A DNA stretch of 62,323 nucleotides, counting the filler, from Asterionella formosa (lineage: Eukaryota): NCBI GenBank assembly GCA_002256025.1. It is 10 parts of 10 records of this genome, joined end to end, with 100 filler letters (N's around TTAATTAATTAA, not from the genome) between each part and the next. Parts side by side here need not be neighbours in the genome. Positions count along the whole stretch, not along the records: positions 37,476 to 43,616 come from NKIB01012808.1; positions 43,717 to 49,852 come from NKIB01012809.1; positions 49,953 to 56,093 come from NKIB01012810.1; 7 more parts are not named here. One strand, 5' to 3'. Under the pieces are notes generated by a model, which was not told the origin of the DNA, ran no database searches, and saw only the letters and a list, made by a program, of their open reading frames with translations. Position numbers and translations under genes: made by a program. Shown here piece after piece: positions 40,629 to 53,002 of the stretch. The first letter of the stretch is position 1. Each line of letters opens with the position of its first letter.

Positions 40629-41820
40629 CGTCTGCAAATAAAAACTATCATATTTCCATGATGCATCATAGGATTGTGATCATCTGATCATAATTTTTCG
40701 TTATATCATCTAATAATTTTGATAAATGCCCTTGTAATTTAAATAGTAACCCCTTTTGACTAAATATATTTAATTAATATATGTATTGTTTCTATTAGAT
40801 TCCTGTTATTTGAATTTCTTGGTAGTATAATGTATCAGCCAAAGTAAAGTAATTTGACTCAACATCTCCATCCGTCATCACTCCGATTTTTGCAACAACA
40901 ACGAAATACTAGCGATGACAAGTGGAATGATTGTTTGCGATAACGTCTTCAATTGTTGTTCAAGTGATCGTTATATCATTGAGTAATCGTCATGTACAGT
41001 GAACCTTTGTTCAAAATCATTCAATTAAGAGTTTGTTAGAGAGAAGAAATCATTCAAACTCAGAATGGTTCCGCACACAGCGCACATAGTAAATCCGTTT
41101 CGTCGACCACCATCATTAAAATCTCGCCAATCAATCCGTAAACAAACACATTTTACTTGTTCTCGTTGACATTTTCAATTCTCACATGATACTACAACTA
41201 TTATTGAGATTCAGCATAGAAGGAGATACGAAAATGTGCGTAACAGACTACTGTCCACATAGCTATAGTTATAGAATGATTCTGATTACAATTTCATTTT
41301 CATATCGCTCGCTCGTTTCTGCATTTGGTATACCGTACTTGAATTAACTATTGAACTTGTCCGCATCTTTGATACCATCAAGAGAGCGAAAGCAAGTGGC
41401 TCTTTTCATTGTTGTTTGCTTGTAGGAAATATTTGATATCTGTATTGTCATTTGCTTGTTGGAACTGTCTGTTGCCTCAAACCTGCTTGGCATGTGCGTG
41501 CACACACTGTCAACTTGTTTTCATTGGTATGTTGTTCTTTTATTCACTATTGAACTTGTCCACATCTTTGTTACCATAAGCCAATAGAGCGACAAGTGGG
41601 CGGGTCTCTTAATTGTTGTTTGCTTCTGGAAAAGTCGGTGTCCGTGTTATCCTCATCAATAGAGGGACAATCGTCCTTCATCATTGCGGTTTGCTGCTGG
41701 AAAAATTGGTACCTGTGTATCGTCATTTGTTCGGTGGAACCACTATCTGTTGCCTCAAACCTGATTAACGTGTGTGTACATGTGTTTGTGCACTTTCGAC
41801 TTGTGTACATTACAAGAGCG
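40629..41820 (+). mobile_element. AT-rich non-coding interspersed repeat, copy 2; 3' limit uncertain and may extend to ~43100
   Basis: High similarity to 11008-11930, followed by a diverged internal repeat at ~41580-41820. Confidence 0.8.
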
Positions 41821-43716
41821 ACTTAGCTACGAAACTGCGTGTTATAATATCATACTCCGTAGAACGATGCAGAATACTACAGTTCCCAATCATCTCATCA
41901 TGATTGATAAGATGAAAATGTGATATCACAATAGGGTTACATCGATGCATACATCATCAAAGTATGATACGTAATATTGAATAAAGTATATCACATAGAT
42001 ATGATGCATTGATCATAGAACTGTGATGATTTTTTAAAATGTTTATGATATAATTTTCATCAAAATATGATCATGTTAAAATACAATTACAATAAAATAC
42101 GATAAAATATGTACGCAAGTGTTATCAAAACATCATAGAAAATAAAAATAAAAAAATCACAAAAAAGTATGTTACTTAATATATATATTCGTCTTTTAAT
42201 GTATACAGTAAAAGCCAACAGTTAATATGATAGAATTATATGGTGGATAGAAAAAAAGCATATTGATGCATTGATATGTACATCACTATTATATGATTTG
42301 TTATATGGATTGATGCATATCACATACCGGTATCCTCAACAACCAGCAGCCATTACGTTCATTGTCATGTCATTTTTTATTGTTATAGCTGTATATATGC
42401 CGGCATGTGTATTGTGTAAACACTACACTGGCGGAACATGCATATTACACTGTGCTCTTTACAACAATTACTACACTCGGTTACCCTCATACCAGTTGCA
42501 CATCCACAAGCGCCGCAAAAACTCCGCGTTTACCTTCCACTGTTTTAGCTATATCATAGTCTTCTGGCCCTTTGACAACTTTCCAAATGGCATTTCATGG
42601 ATTTCATGCAAAGGAACAGTCAAACAAGAAACGTGACTTACTTCCGTTGTTTACACTACACGACTTTATGTTTTCGGAAAAGAAGATGAAGAAACTTATG
42701 AAATCAATCGAAGATTTGCTCCTTTGAATACACTCAAGAACCAGATGAATTTGAACAGATTCATAACACTACAGAAAAAATAATGAAGTATGCCGATTCA
42801 GTAGTGGCAGAGATTGAAAAGAAGGAAAGATTGCTTTCAAAGAGGAAACCCAAACAGTTGTTCTTCACGGATGAAGACTCTATTCCTACAGAGTCACAGT
42901 TCCATCCAGTGTCGTATTTTGCTCCTCATTCTCCTGATTCGCTGATAATGAAGAAGAACTCAGTGATTCTCATTCATTTGATGAACAAATTCATGCAATG
43001 AATGAAAATACCGGCGGAAATGTGGGAGACATCACTTCTGAAGCCACTACATATAATATTTTACGCTGTCTAGATATGATACCATACATCTAAGACGCCG
43101 TTTACGGCACTTGTTCGAATTTATGTCTAAAGTGACGTATTTATGCTACTTTTTTAAAATATTATGTTACTTTTTTGAAATATTATGTTACTTTTTCCCT
43201 AATTTCTTCGGGTTAAACAAAATAAATTTCACTTATCGAATAATTATGTGATCAAACCATTAATTATGTGTGTTGGTGACAATATATGTTGACCAACTAG
43301 CCATAGCAACAGTATAAAAGCAAAATTATGCTGCTCCGCCGCAATATTATGCTGCTTTCACCATATAATGAACGAAAGAGTCGCCAATTTCGATTCACTT
43401 ATTAATTTTTCCGCTCCGACATCTTTGATCTGAACTGGCAAAGAATAACACATGCAAGAGGAAGATTCACACTGTAGAATTCAGCACACGTAGTAGTAGT
43501 AGTTGATGTTGTAGACACATTGTTTAGTCATTGTTGATTGTAGAGATTACAATAGCCTGCCAGATTAGAAATAAAGCACCGTTGGTACTCGTTGAGCATC
43601 GTTTAGCATTACATGTNNNNNNNNNNNNNNNNNNNNNNNNNNNNNNNNNNNNNNNNNNNNTTAATTAATTAANNNNNNNNNNNNNNNNNNNNNNNNNNNN
43701 NNNNNNNNNNNNNNNN

Positions 43717-45126
43717 TGGTGGCGAAAAATTTCTTTGCATTGCAGGTGGCCGTCCTCAAATCCGGGCCTCGACCAAAGATGCACACTTTACTGTCCTAGG
43801 ATTCACTGCAGCCAATGGTCAACCAATCATGTGCGCAATTATTTTTGCCGCAAAAGCCCTGGAAGACGAATGGGTGCTTGGCCTAGATCCGTTTGCTGCT
43901 TGGGAAGGAGAAGATGAAAACATACATGGCAACAGCGGAAAGGGAAAACGATATCCACAAGGACCAGTCTGTGATGTGGAAGGAAAACAGTTGCCTACAT
44001 ACTGCTGTGTGTCGGAAAACGGCTCAATCACTGCAGAGCTTCTGGTTGGCATGCTAAAGCACATGGATGACTCTGGCATCTTTCTTCGAAACAACGGGCC
44101 CCCACCATTCCTAATACTCGATGGACATGGGTCTCGATTTGACATTTTGTTCCTTGATACATAAACAACCCAGTACACAATTGGACAGTCTGTATTGGTG
44201 TTCCTTATGGTACAAGCTACTGGCAGGTTGGAGACAGTAGTGAGCAAAACGGTTGTTTCAAAATGAACATCACAAAAGCAAAACGCAAATTTCTCACCTT
44301 AAAAGCAGATCACAGGCAAGAGCTTACAACTAACAAGGTCGACATTGTTGGACTGGTGAATACGGCATGGGAAAATTCCTTTGCAAATATTGCCACAAAC
44401 AAGAAAGAAATTTATGAACGAGGATGATATCCCCTGAACTATAATGTCTTGCTTCACCCTGAAATTCAACTAACCCAACCACAACAGAACATCAATGCGC
44501 CCACAGAGACTGCCACTCTCCCTCCTGATGAATTAAACCTCCAAACTGGCTTTGCCGGAACAATTGTTGGAAGAATTAACGAGTTTTGCAAACGCGAGGA
44601 TGTGCGAAATGGAATCGACCGGGAGGCCCAAGCTAAAAAGAGAAAGGAGACAGCGGATTCACACATTGAGGGACACAAGAAGAGGATAACAGCAGGACTA
44701 CTGGCCTCTGCACAAACCTTTGCTCTTGGGCCAAATATTCTTGCTGCTACACTGGAACGGAAGCGAATTTCAGACATTGTCATTAGTACAAAAGAAACAA
44801 AAAGGCAACAAGAATTCAATACACTTCGCGGAAAAGTACTTACATTGAAGGAACAGAACAAAACAAAAGAACAGATGTCTGTGCCAGAATTGAAATTAAT
44901 GGTGCGTTGGTACAAACGATCAGGTGATTTGCCGGTTCCACAAACAAGGCAAGCTCTGATTACAAGATTCGACAACACCAATCACCATGGTGACCAGCAG
45001 CCGCCATTCCCTCTCCATACACCTCCTATTGCTGTGGTTGTTGTTACTGCACCTCCTCCTCTTGCTATTCCCTCTCCTTCTACAACTGCTACTGCCGAGG
45101 ATCCACCATTCCGTGATGAAGTTTGA
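43717..45126 (+). pseudogene. DDE_1 (pogo/CENP-B-like) transposase, 5' truncated; element probably ends at 45543|TA
   Basis: HFTVLGFTAANGQPIMCAII, SENGSIT, PFLILDGHGSRF, IGVPYGTSYWQVGDSSEQNGCFK; frameshift at ~44160 and a stop at ~44425. Confidence 0.85.
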
Positions 45127-45543
45127 GACTCCGCCAGCAAGTAATTGGATGCAAAGAAGCTCGAGATTTATATAATGCATCAGAAGAATTCTCCGACGAT
45201 GATGCTGCCCTGCAAAAGTGTAAAACGTAAAGTAATAAGAAAATAATTTTTGTAGTATTAACGGAGTAAAAATAAACACGGTTTGGGGGAAAAATATATA
45301 CATGTACAGATAGAAAAATATGCACTGTAAGCCACCGCTATGCAATAATATTGCTTGTGACTTTGGAAAAATTATTTCTTCATGGCTAGATACACAGAAT
45401 CAAAACTGATTCCTTAATAGTATAGCAGAGAGCATTGTCTAACATAAGCTTTGTACTTGCGTCAAGTTTTGATTGTTGAATTACATAAATATTTTTGGTC
45501 GAAAGATAGAGTGTAAAAACGATGGCTTACAGTTTTTAAGTGG

Positions 45544-45926
45544 TACCAGGTTTTCATCGCACCTTTCTAATAACACGCATGACAAGTGCTTTAACACATG
45601 ACCTAATCCGTCATCGAAAATGTATATAAATGTATAGGGTAAGTTTAGAAGTCACCGCATCATATGATATACGACGATCAATATAATGATTTGAACCTTC
45701 ACCTCATTTGCGACAATATAGTATATCTTGTCTTGGTATTGACTTCTACGGAGATGGCAAATTATTTAGGCACACAGCATCATCATGCAAATTGCGTTAT
45801 GTATGATTACGGGTATAACAGGTAGGGAGTACATACCAAGTTTTCATCGCACCTTTCTAATAACACGCATGACAAGTGCTTTAACACATGATCTAATCCG
45901 TCCTCGAAAATGTATATAAACGTATA
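45544..45926 (+). repeat. ~93-bp direct repeat (45544-45636, 45834-45926)
   Basis: ttttcatcgcacctttctaataacacgcatgacaagtgctttaacacatga... occurs twice, nearly identical. Confidence 0.9.
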
Positions 45927-47635
45927 AAAATTTATCAAGAAAAAAAGTATAAACTGCCGTGACCCATTGAAATCACTTTTGAGCTGTTTTATTATCATTG
46001 TATCTTCTGATGAAATTGTTCAATCAGAATTCTAACATGACCGCTTGATTGATCGATGCTGCTCTGACACTATCGAACAAACGGATCCGCAATTTCGGTA
46101 GAATTTACCATTAGTCGGAGGAGTCAAACAAACACCCTAACTCAATGGGTCATGGCAGTTTTTTACTCAACGGGCCAACACCCCGACGGGTAGGGCAGAC
46201 CGCGTACTGGTCAAGACTGGGGCTGCACACAGGTTTTTAGTGAGTGAAAGTCTCACACTACCTCGCCCAGGTGGAGGGGCGGGGTGCCTCACCGGACACT
46301 GGGACATGATTGGATGACGGGGTGCCTAAAAAACATTCCTGAACACGTGAACTGGTGGGAGGAGTTCGAATCCTCCCATGATGCCCCCCAAGCACCCCAC
46401 ATTGATGGGGTAGGCGGGCAAAGCGGCCGGATAGGTTTTCTCCTGACGCCTTGGAACAGCCCAAAAAAATGGCAGTTTTTTATTGGTACCTGGTAATTAA
46501 TTACCTACGAACTTCATCTTTGTTGCTTTTCGGCTAAACTCATGACAATATCAATCTACCGTTACTCCTACTGTACAGGAAACAAGGAAAAAATGCAAGC
46601 AAGCAAAGATACCGTACTGGTAGTATGGCTGTGGTACGCCATCTACCGTATATGTATGTATTAGGTATCATGATGTTTGCGATGCATATGACAGGATATA
46701 GAAAATCTTATAGTATACCGTAGTCCCTGAACTATGTAGAATAATGTACCCTGGTAATGATAGGCAATCAGGAGAAAGACGGTGTAATTGTCAGGTACAC
46801 ATAGTACATTGGCATGTAGCTCCTACTGGCAAGCGATGGAAGTAGTGATTCCAACTACTGTAATATACTCACTGCCTGATCAAGGACGGGGTCACACAAA
46901 ACCTCGTGGGGAGTAATCCGCCTTTGTGTGATAGACTAGGACTACCTCCAGGTTTAGGTCTATCGGGTACGTAGCCATATGGAGGGACTGCATCTATACG
47001 TACGTTGTGATGTGGGTAGCAGGAGTCGTACGGCGAATGCGATGCTGCAGGAGCATAATAAACCTGCACGGATCCATGCACCAACCAGGAGTAACGCACC
47101 CGGAGGGTACAGGAAGCTATTTTCCAGCAGCAATGGACCACCTGACCCTCATGGAAGAGGCCTAGAGTAATCTAGATCCTGACTGGCTCTCTGTGTAGGG
47201 AACGAACCTATAACCCGGTTAGTTCCCGAGGGGATTGCCTTGTATCCCCTCCATGGGTGGGGGTTACTATGGAGGAACCCGGTGAGGGATATCCAAGTGT
47301 AACCCGGATTAGTGGTTACTTGGAAGGGGAAGCACATGGGGACCACCACTGGGCAACCTGGAGAGCTAACTCCAATGTTACCCATACACGCATGGACAAC
47401 ATTCAAGGGAGGGTGCATTGTTTATGACACGACAATCAACCCCTCGGGTGAGGGGGGTCCAAATCCACGGACCCTATCGTATTTTCCATCATGTAGCAGC
47501 ATCGTTCGTTCGTTTGTAAATTTTATAAGAGGATTGCAATAACAAAACATAAAGGAATAAAGACCCAAAGTTCACCTGTGTTTATAAAGCTGGCTAACAC
47601 GTTATCTCGAACACACAGGTGAGTACTAGCCCAAT

Positions 47636-49102
47636 ATGGTTCTATCTTTTCGCAACCATGCAGTCCACGCCGATGTAGCCGTGGAAGATAATGCCGAAAG
47701 CATTTCTCCCGAGCTCAATCAGATGGTCCTCGATCTTCTCCTAGTCGATCTTAGACATGCAGATGACCCCGATGAAGACGGGCATACTGATGCTGTTGCA
47801 ATGAGAAAAATCCTCACCACCATGAAAGTGACTGGGATGGACAACCTGCGCAACGTCCTTAACGTTCACCAAATCCAAAGCCCAGCATTTATCAATTCAG
47901 TCCAACCTGCTCTCGACTGGCTTACTGTCCTAGCTAAGTGGCAGCTCTTGGACATCGAGGAGACCCCGGAGGACTTTGATGAGATGAAACATGAGGTGGC
48001 AGCTCGCTATACCCATGTAGCTCACAACTGGTCTACCCCAGCGGCTCTCACGCACTGGGGGCCCGGGAACAAATCAGTCCAACGTGTCTTCACTACACCT
48101 GTCCAGCAGCTCAGACAATTTTCCGGCGACCATGGAGATTGGCTGGAATGGAGCCAGCAGAGTATCGGGCATTTTGCAACCTCGAACCTCATCAAGGTAA
48201 TCAAATCCCGGAACTATGCCCTCAAGAACCCCGACGAAAACGGCCTTGTCTGGGGCATGCTGGTTGCCTCCACCTCAACTACAGCGGTTGCTAGATTGGC
48301 ACTCACTACCAAGGAGGAGCATGATGGACATGAAGCTTGGCACAAACTCCGTGGTTATTACGAAGGGGAAGAACTGGTCATTCACTGGATTAAAAAGTAC
48401 AACAAGGTGCTGGACAATCTCCGCCTTACTGAAGGAGGATCTCTACGCGAGTTTCATAATTCGTTCACCGATTGTATGTGTAAACTTACACAGTACATGA
48501 AAATTGTTACGGAAAAGAAACTCAAAGCAGATGAAATCCCCGACAGTTACAATTGGTGGAAGTTGTACACTGCAAAGTTGACTGACCCCAAGTATAACAC
48601 GAAGGACGTCAAGGAAAGTCTCGAGAGGTACAAGGAGGAGGGATACCTTGATGGGATCTACCACCTACTCTTGGGAATGGTGGGACCCGATGCCGACAAT
48701 GAGATCTACAGGGGTAGGAAGATTGCTCCCAAGCCCAAGCATGAAACTCATCATGAGGTGCCCAAGAATTCTAAGGAAATGGGGAACGCAGGCAAGGAAA
48801 AAGGGGGACAAACTGAAGATACCCTAAAGGCATTTAAGACCCGGATGTTTAACCAACTCCAGGGAGACGAAGAGTCCTTAAAAATCTTTAGGGAACTTCT
48901 TGAGAAGGACAAGAACACCCTAGGAAAGAAAGGGGGTGGAAATGGTTCCTACAAAGGAAACAAACGCAAGAAAGTTGAAAAGACTGATGCACGCCGTGTC
49001 CGAGCTAAGAAGATTAAGTCTTCCACGCGCAAGGCCGAGAAAACAAACAGTGACGACGACAGTAATCACTCGATGGCTCAAGCTGCCGATAGGCTAGGCT
49101 AA
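47636..49102 (+). CDS. gag: Gag-like protein of the LTR retrotransposon
   Basis: Intact 488-aa ORF; FSGDHGDWLEW and DGHEAWHKLRGYYEG are copia-gag-like; basic C-terminus, no CCHC knuckle. Confidence 0.75.
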   Translation: MVLSFRNHAVHADVAVEDNAESISPELNQMVLDLLLVDLRHADDPDEDGHTDAVAMRKILTTMKVTGMDNLRNVLNVHQIQSPAFINSVQPALDWLTVLAKWQLLDIEETPEDFDEMKHEVAARYTHVAHNWSTPAALTHWGPGNKSVQRVFTTPVQQLRQFSGDHGDWLEWSQQSIGHFATSNLIKVIKSRNYALKNPDENGLVWGMLVASTSTTAVARLALTTKEEHDGHEAWHKLRGYYEGEELVIHWIKKYNKVLDNLRLTEGGSLREFHNSFTDCMCKLTQYMKIVTEKKLKADEIPDSYNWWKLYTAKLTDPKYNTKDVKESLERYKEEGYLDGIYHLLLGMVGPDADNEIYRGRKIAPKPKHETHHEVPKNSKEMGNAGKEKGGQTEDTLKAFKTRMFNQLQGDEESLKIFRELLEKDKNTLGKKGGGNGSYKGNKRKKVEKTDARRVRAKKIKSSTRKAEKTNSDDDSNHSMAQAADRLG

Positions 49103-49291
49103 AACCCTACCCATGCTGGAAGCATCATTCTTAGACATTAGGCATCAGAGAGACCCATATGGTACACCAACTTAGGAATTTAGGAACAACTTAGCGCGAT
49201 AAAATAGCAACAAATTAACGAAAGTTTTTGTAGGTGTTTACTTGTCTTGCTAACCGTTGTTGCTTCAATTCCAGGTATCAAACGTCAAAAC

Positions 49292-49852
49292 ATGCTCAAA
49301 GCATCCAAGTACGGCGCAACTGGGAAATCTGGCCCACCCAATCTAGACCCATTCCCACGCCCTATAAATAACACCTTACGCATTGCCAAATTCCCTGAGG
49401 GACCATACACGGTCATTGACACTGGAACCGACCAGGGATGGGCTGGAAATGGATGGAAGATTATCAAACGGCATGGGAAGTCAAAGACTACTGGAGAGGG
49501 AGATAAGACCTATCCAGTAGTCGACGTCCTTGCTACCCTAGTTGACCCTACAACCCGGAAAGACTTAGCCGTCCTTCGCATGAATCAAGTGATGTTCAGG
49601 AGCGACTCACGTGAATCACTCTTACCACCAGATCAGATGTCTTGGCATGGACTGAGCTGCGACACTACACCAATTAAGTTTGGGGGTAAACAGCAGATCT
49701 TAGGCGGAGACTTTACTCTCCCACTTTGGTGGGATGGAAAAACCACGTTCTTCACTCACAAGAAGACCACCAAAGACCATTTGCAAGCATTGAGGATCTG
49801 GACCCTCACGGGAGCTGTGGACTATAACCCTTCAGCCTGGTTGAAACCTGAC
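49292..49852 (+). CDS. pol: Pol N-terminus (aspartic protease region), truncated at linker
   Basis: VIDTGTDQ (D-T-G), ESLLPPDQM.WHG..CDTTP..FGGKQ.I, typical of diatom copia-like pol. Confidence 0.75.
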
Positions 49853-49970
49853 NNNNNNNNNNNNNNNNNNNNNNNNNNNNNNNNNNNNNNNNNNNNTTAA
49901 TTAATTAANNNNNNNNNNNNNNNNNNNNNNNNNNNNNNNNNNNNNNNNNNNNTTGTTTTTGTTGTGGTTT

Positions 49971-50047
<77 letters not shown>
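49971..50047. repeat. (TTG)n microsatellite
   Basis: Direct reading. Confidence 0.97.
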
Positions 50048-50048
<1 letters not shown>

Positions 50049-50174
50049 GTACTTGGAGTATATATTTACAACTCTCTATTATATATATATGCATACTGGT
50101 GTGTAGTTGGATGACAACAAGACAGCAGCATCGCTCAAATTGCGGGTCTATATTATATATATGCATACTGGTGT

Positions 50175-50696
50175 GTAGTTCTTGGATGACAACAAGACAG
50201 CAGCATCGCTCAAATTGCGGGAACAACTAACTCATTCCCAAATAAGAATCATGATATTTCATTTATAAAAGTAGTCTAATAGAAATATTTTACTTTTTTT
50301 ATAATGGTTTTGTCATCCTATGTCACAGTAGATGGTTGACAGCATTTAGTAATTCCCAAAAACCGATAGCATCATTTTGCGTCAGTTGACCAAAACCAAA
50401 ACCAAAACCAATCCAAAAATAAGTTTTTGGGTTTTGGTTTGGGTCAACGGTTAGCAACGGCCTTAGCCACAACAACGTCCACTGATGGTCTACTACCTGG
50501 TACCTGGTACAGTACTGGTACCAGAATAAAAACCTAAACGTAATGCGTTTGGGTAACTTATTGGGATATGGGCACGGAATCCCCTAAACGTAATGCGTTT
50601 GCGTTGGGTTTTTCACTCCCGTTAGCATCGGTTTTTAGGGTTACCGAAACCAAAACACTGTTTGGTTTGCGTTTTGGTCCACCGTTAGCAACGGCC
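50175..50696 (-). mobile_element. PIF/Harbinger-type MITE ends (termini at 50462 and 50696, each followed by TTA)
   Basis: gttagcaacggcc|tta occurs twice; the same terminus occurs inverted at 55674; TTA/TAA flanks are a Harbinger hallmark. Confidence 0.7.
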
Positions 50697-50977
50697 TTAC
50701 TGTCTATTTCCGTTTAGACATTTCTCAGACTAAATCTAGGCTTCGGACACCTGTCGACATCAACAGCCTAACAGACACATTCTGACTTAACTGATGACCG
50801 ACATAATAACGCAATAATGTCTGGATGGAAATCCAAGACTGCTTGTTCTATCTGGCTGCTAGAAAGGATAACGAACCTGAGCCTTGCCAACCCTAGCTTG
50901 CTTCATCCAAAACATCTTTAACAAGTAATCCTCGCGTCCATAAAAAATACGGGATAAATAGGCATTAACGAAGCGTC

Positions 50978-52840
50978 ATGTCGGGATGGGAAGACTTGTT
51001 CAATCTGGCTGCTGGAAAGGGCAACGACGCTGATCCACTTCCAGTCCTAGCTTCTTCCAAGTTATCGTTATCAAGCGATTCCTCGCGTCGGTCGGTAAAA
51101 CGAAAGAAAACGATCTGCATCCGTCAAGAAGTCGCAAACTCTCTGACCAGTCAACATGTGCTCGCCGATAGAATGACTATTCCAGATTCAACGACATCCT
51201 TTCCCACCTGGTGTCTACTCGGTACAGGCATGCTCAAGAATATTTGCCCTGGATGGAGAGGCAGCGGTCAACGCTGCAAGGGCTGCCAAAAATCTCCGCT
51301 TTTTCATCGACTGGCACCGCAAGCTCGGAAAACGGGCTTTCACTTATTGGCCTTCTGCTTTCTAAGGAATATTCGATGTGCTGCCCTCCTTACAGCAACG
51401 AAAGAAATAGGGGGCTTGTTGCAAGTCGCGCATTCAGAAGCGCTTGCAATCTCCCGCTTGACTTGGTTTGCAGTCAGTCGTGGAGAAGCGGAAATATTGA
51501 AAGAAAAGTCCGATACAATTCTGAATCTCACAGAAAGTGAGGTTTCATCCAAAGATCAATTAATTCGTATGATTATCGCGTGTGATGCTCTGTATCTAAG
51601 AATCTACTATCTACAAAATTCTGGTCATCTCAAGAGCAATGACCAGCTTCCACATCCCACTGATTATTTTGGAGGTCTATATTTGACAATGAGCATTGAC
51701 TTCCTGGAAAGGTTCGACACAGTGTGCCACTTAGTGATAGACGATGAGGAAGTGGTGGGTAGGTTTGGTTTAGAGTGCAGCAAAGTACCGAAGCATCCCC
51801 TTTCATTCCTCCATCAACAGCGACTCATTGAGACGCATTCATTATTCCACGATGCGATTAGCAAAACATTTCAGATCGAGCCAACAACCCACTCATTGTC
51901 AAGTCTAGCATACCACGAAACTCCGGCCCCTTCGATTATTGGGGAATGGAGGGACTCTTGTCGTGATGTGCTGTGCAATCTATATTCTTATGCCACTCTT
52001 TCGACCGACGCTATAGCTCAACTAAAAGCTGTACTGGTTGCTCGCAATATTCATTCCATAATTGAACTAGGTGCTGGAACTGGATACATGGCCAAGGTCC
52101 TTGCTGATCATGGACTCGTAGTGGATGCTTTTGATATTAATCCGCCCAACCACTCCATGAATGAGTATCACGGGCAGACTGATACGTTTTATCCAGTGAA
52201 GGCAGGGACTGTTGATTGTTTGCGAGGGAGGAAAATTGTCAATGAAGCATTACTATTATGTTATCCACCGCCTCAGTCCGAGATGGCCCATGATGCACTG
52301 AAAGCATATGCCGAGAGTGGTGGTCAATGCTTGATTCATGTTGGGGAAATTGCGGGGTTAACTGGGTCTGCGTCCTTTGAAGCTATGTTAAAGAACAATT
52401 TTGAATGCATACTTCGTAGGCCGTGCTTAACTTGGGGTACAGATGCCGCTAGCTTGACGATATGGGTCAAGCCAAAAACACCCCTTCCCGTTTTAAGCTT
52501 GCTTCTTCCGTGTTGCAAATGTGGCGAGCGTGAAGCCACTCGACGATTGCGATTAGCAAGGCATGTCGTCTATTGCAATAAGAAATGTTTCCGGAAACAT
52601 GCACAAACATTGAAGAAGCACTTTCTCATGGGAATGATCGCTACTGATGTCGACTTGCTAGATTTTGACAGTCCAAATCATTTTTCCCCGTTGTCAGGTG
52701 GTGTGACAGGAATGTCGCGAATCCTTAGCGATGGGAACTCGCAACGCTGTGCTGCCGCTTCGTCGCCACGACTCTTGTCCAACAACTGGAAGAAGAAACG
52801 AAGCCGATCGAAAACAGAAAATAAAATGAATAAGAAGTAA
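50978..52840 (+). CDS. Class I SAM-dependent methyltransferase-like protein with a C-terminal MYND-like zinc finger
   Basis: 620-aa ORF; motif I IIELGAGTGY, VDAFD, LLLCYPP, LIHVGE; CCKC...YCNKKCFRKH; basic NLS-like tail. Confidence 0.8.
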   Translation: MSGWEDLFNLAAGKGNDADPLPVLASSKLSLSSDSSRRSVKRKKTICIRQEVANSLTSQHVLADRMTIPDSTTSFPTWCLLGTGMLKNICPGWRGSGQRCKGCQKSPLFHRLAPQARKTGFHLLAFCFLRNIRCAALLTATKEIGGLLQVAHSEALAISRLTWFAVSRGEAEILKEKSDTILNLTESEVSSKDQLIRMIIACDALYLRIYYLQNSGHLKSNDQLPHPTDYFGGLYLTMSIDFLERFDTVCHLVIDDEEVVGRFGLECSKVPKHPLSFLHQQRLIETHSLFHDAISKTFQIEPTTHSLSSLAYHETPAPSIIGEWRDSCRDVLCNLYSYATLSTDAIAQLKAVLVARNIHSIIELGAGTGYMAKVLADHGLVVDAFDINPPNHSMNEYHGQTDTFYPVKAGTVDCLRGRKIVNEALLLCYPPPQSEMAHDALKAYAESGGQCLIHVGEIAGLTGSASFEAMLKNNFECILRRPCLTWGTDAASLTIWVKPKTPLPVLSLLLPCCKCGEREATRRLRLARHVVYCNKKCFRKHAQTLKKHFLMGMIATDVDLLDFDSPNHFSPLSGGVTGMSRILSDGNSQRCAAASSPRLLSNNWKKKRSRSKTENKMNKK

Positions 52841-53002
52841 TTTTTCCTGAGTTTGTCCACATCATCTGCTCGCTATTTGCATTATTTTGTATGTACAACA
52901 TGGGAGTCTACTTACACTAGCAATTTAGAGAAAGGCACTGGATGACAATGCGTACCTTCCGCCAGCAAACGTGCAACCCGTATCGGTGTCCACATCGAAA
53001 TA

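Larger units (their letters stand above)
46735..49852 (+). mobile_element. 5' part of a Ty1/copia-like (diatom CoDi-type) LTR retrotransposon; putative 5' LTR ends ...ctaaCA at 47599 (LTR start uncertain), followed by PBS-like cgttatc
   Basis: gag and protease ORFs; CA-CGTTATC resembles known copia internal-tRNA primer sites; no second LTR in the contig to confirm. Confidence 0.7.

Noticed and set aside
40629..43115. Helitron call for the TCTG-starting repeat, using hairpin gccgtttacggc at ~43097-43108
   Set aside because: The conserved start includes an upstream CG rather than an A|TC junction, and no CTRR|T end sits at the expected distance
43108..45542. CACTT...AAGTG as CACTA-type ends around the DDE_1 ORF
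   Set aside because: Only 5 bp match, no TSD, and the two ends lie on different contigs
49897..50230. Poly-Val and poly-Thr ORFs
   Set aside because: Translations of the (TTG)n microsatellite plus a short duplication
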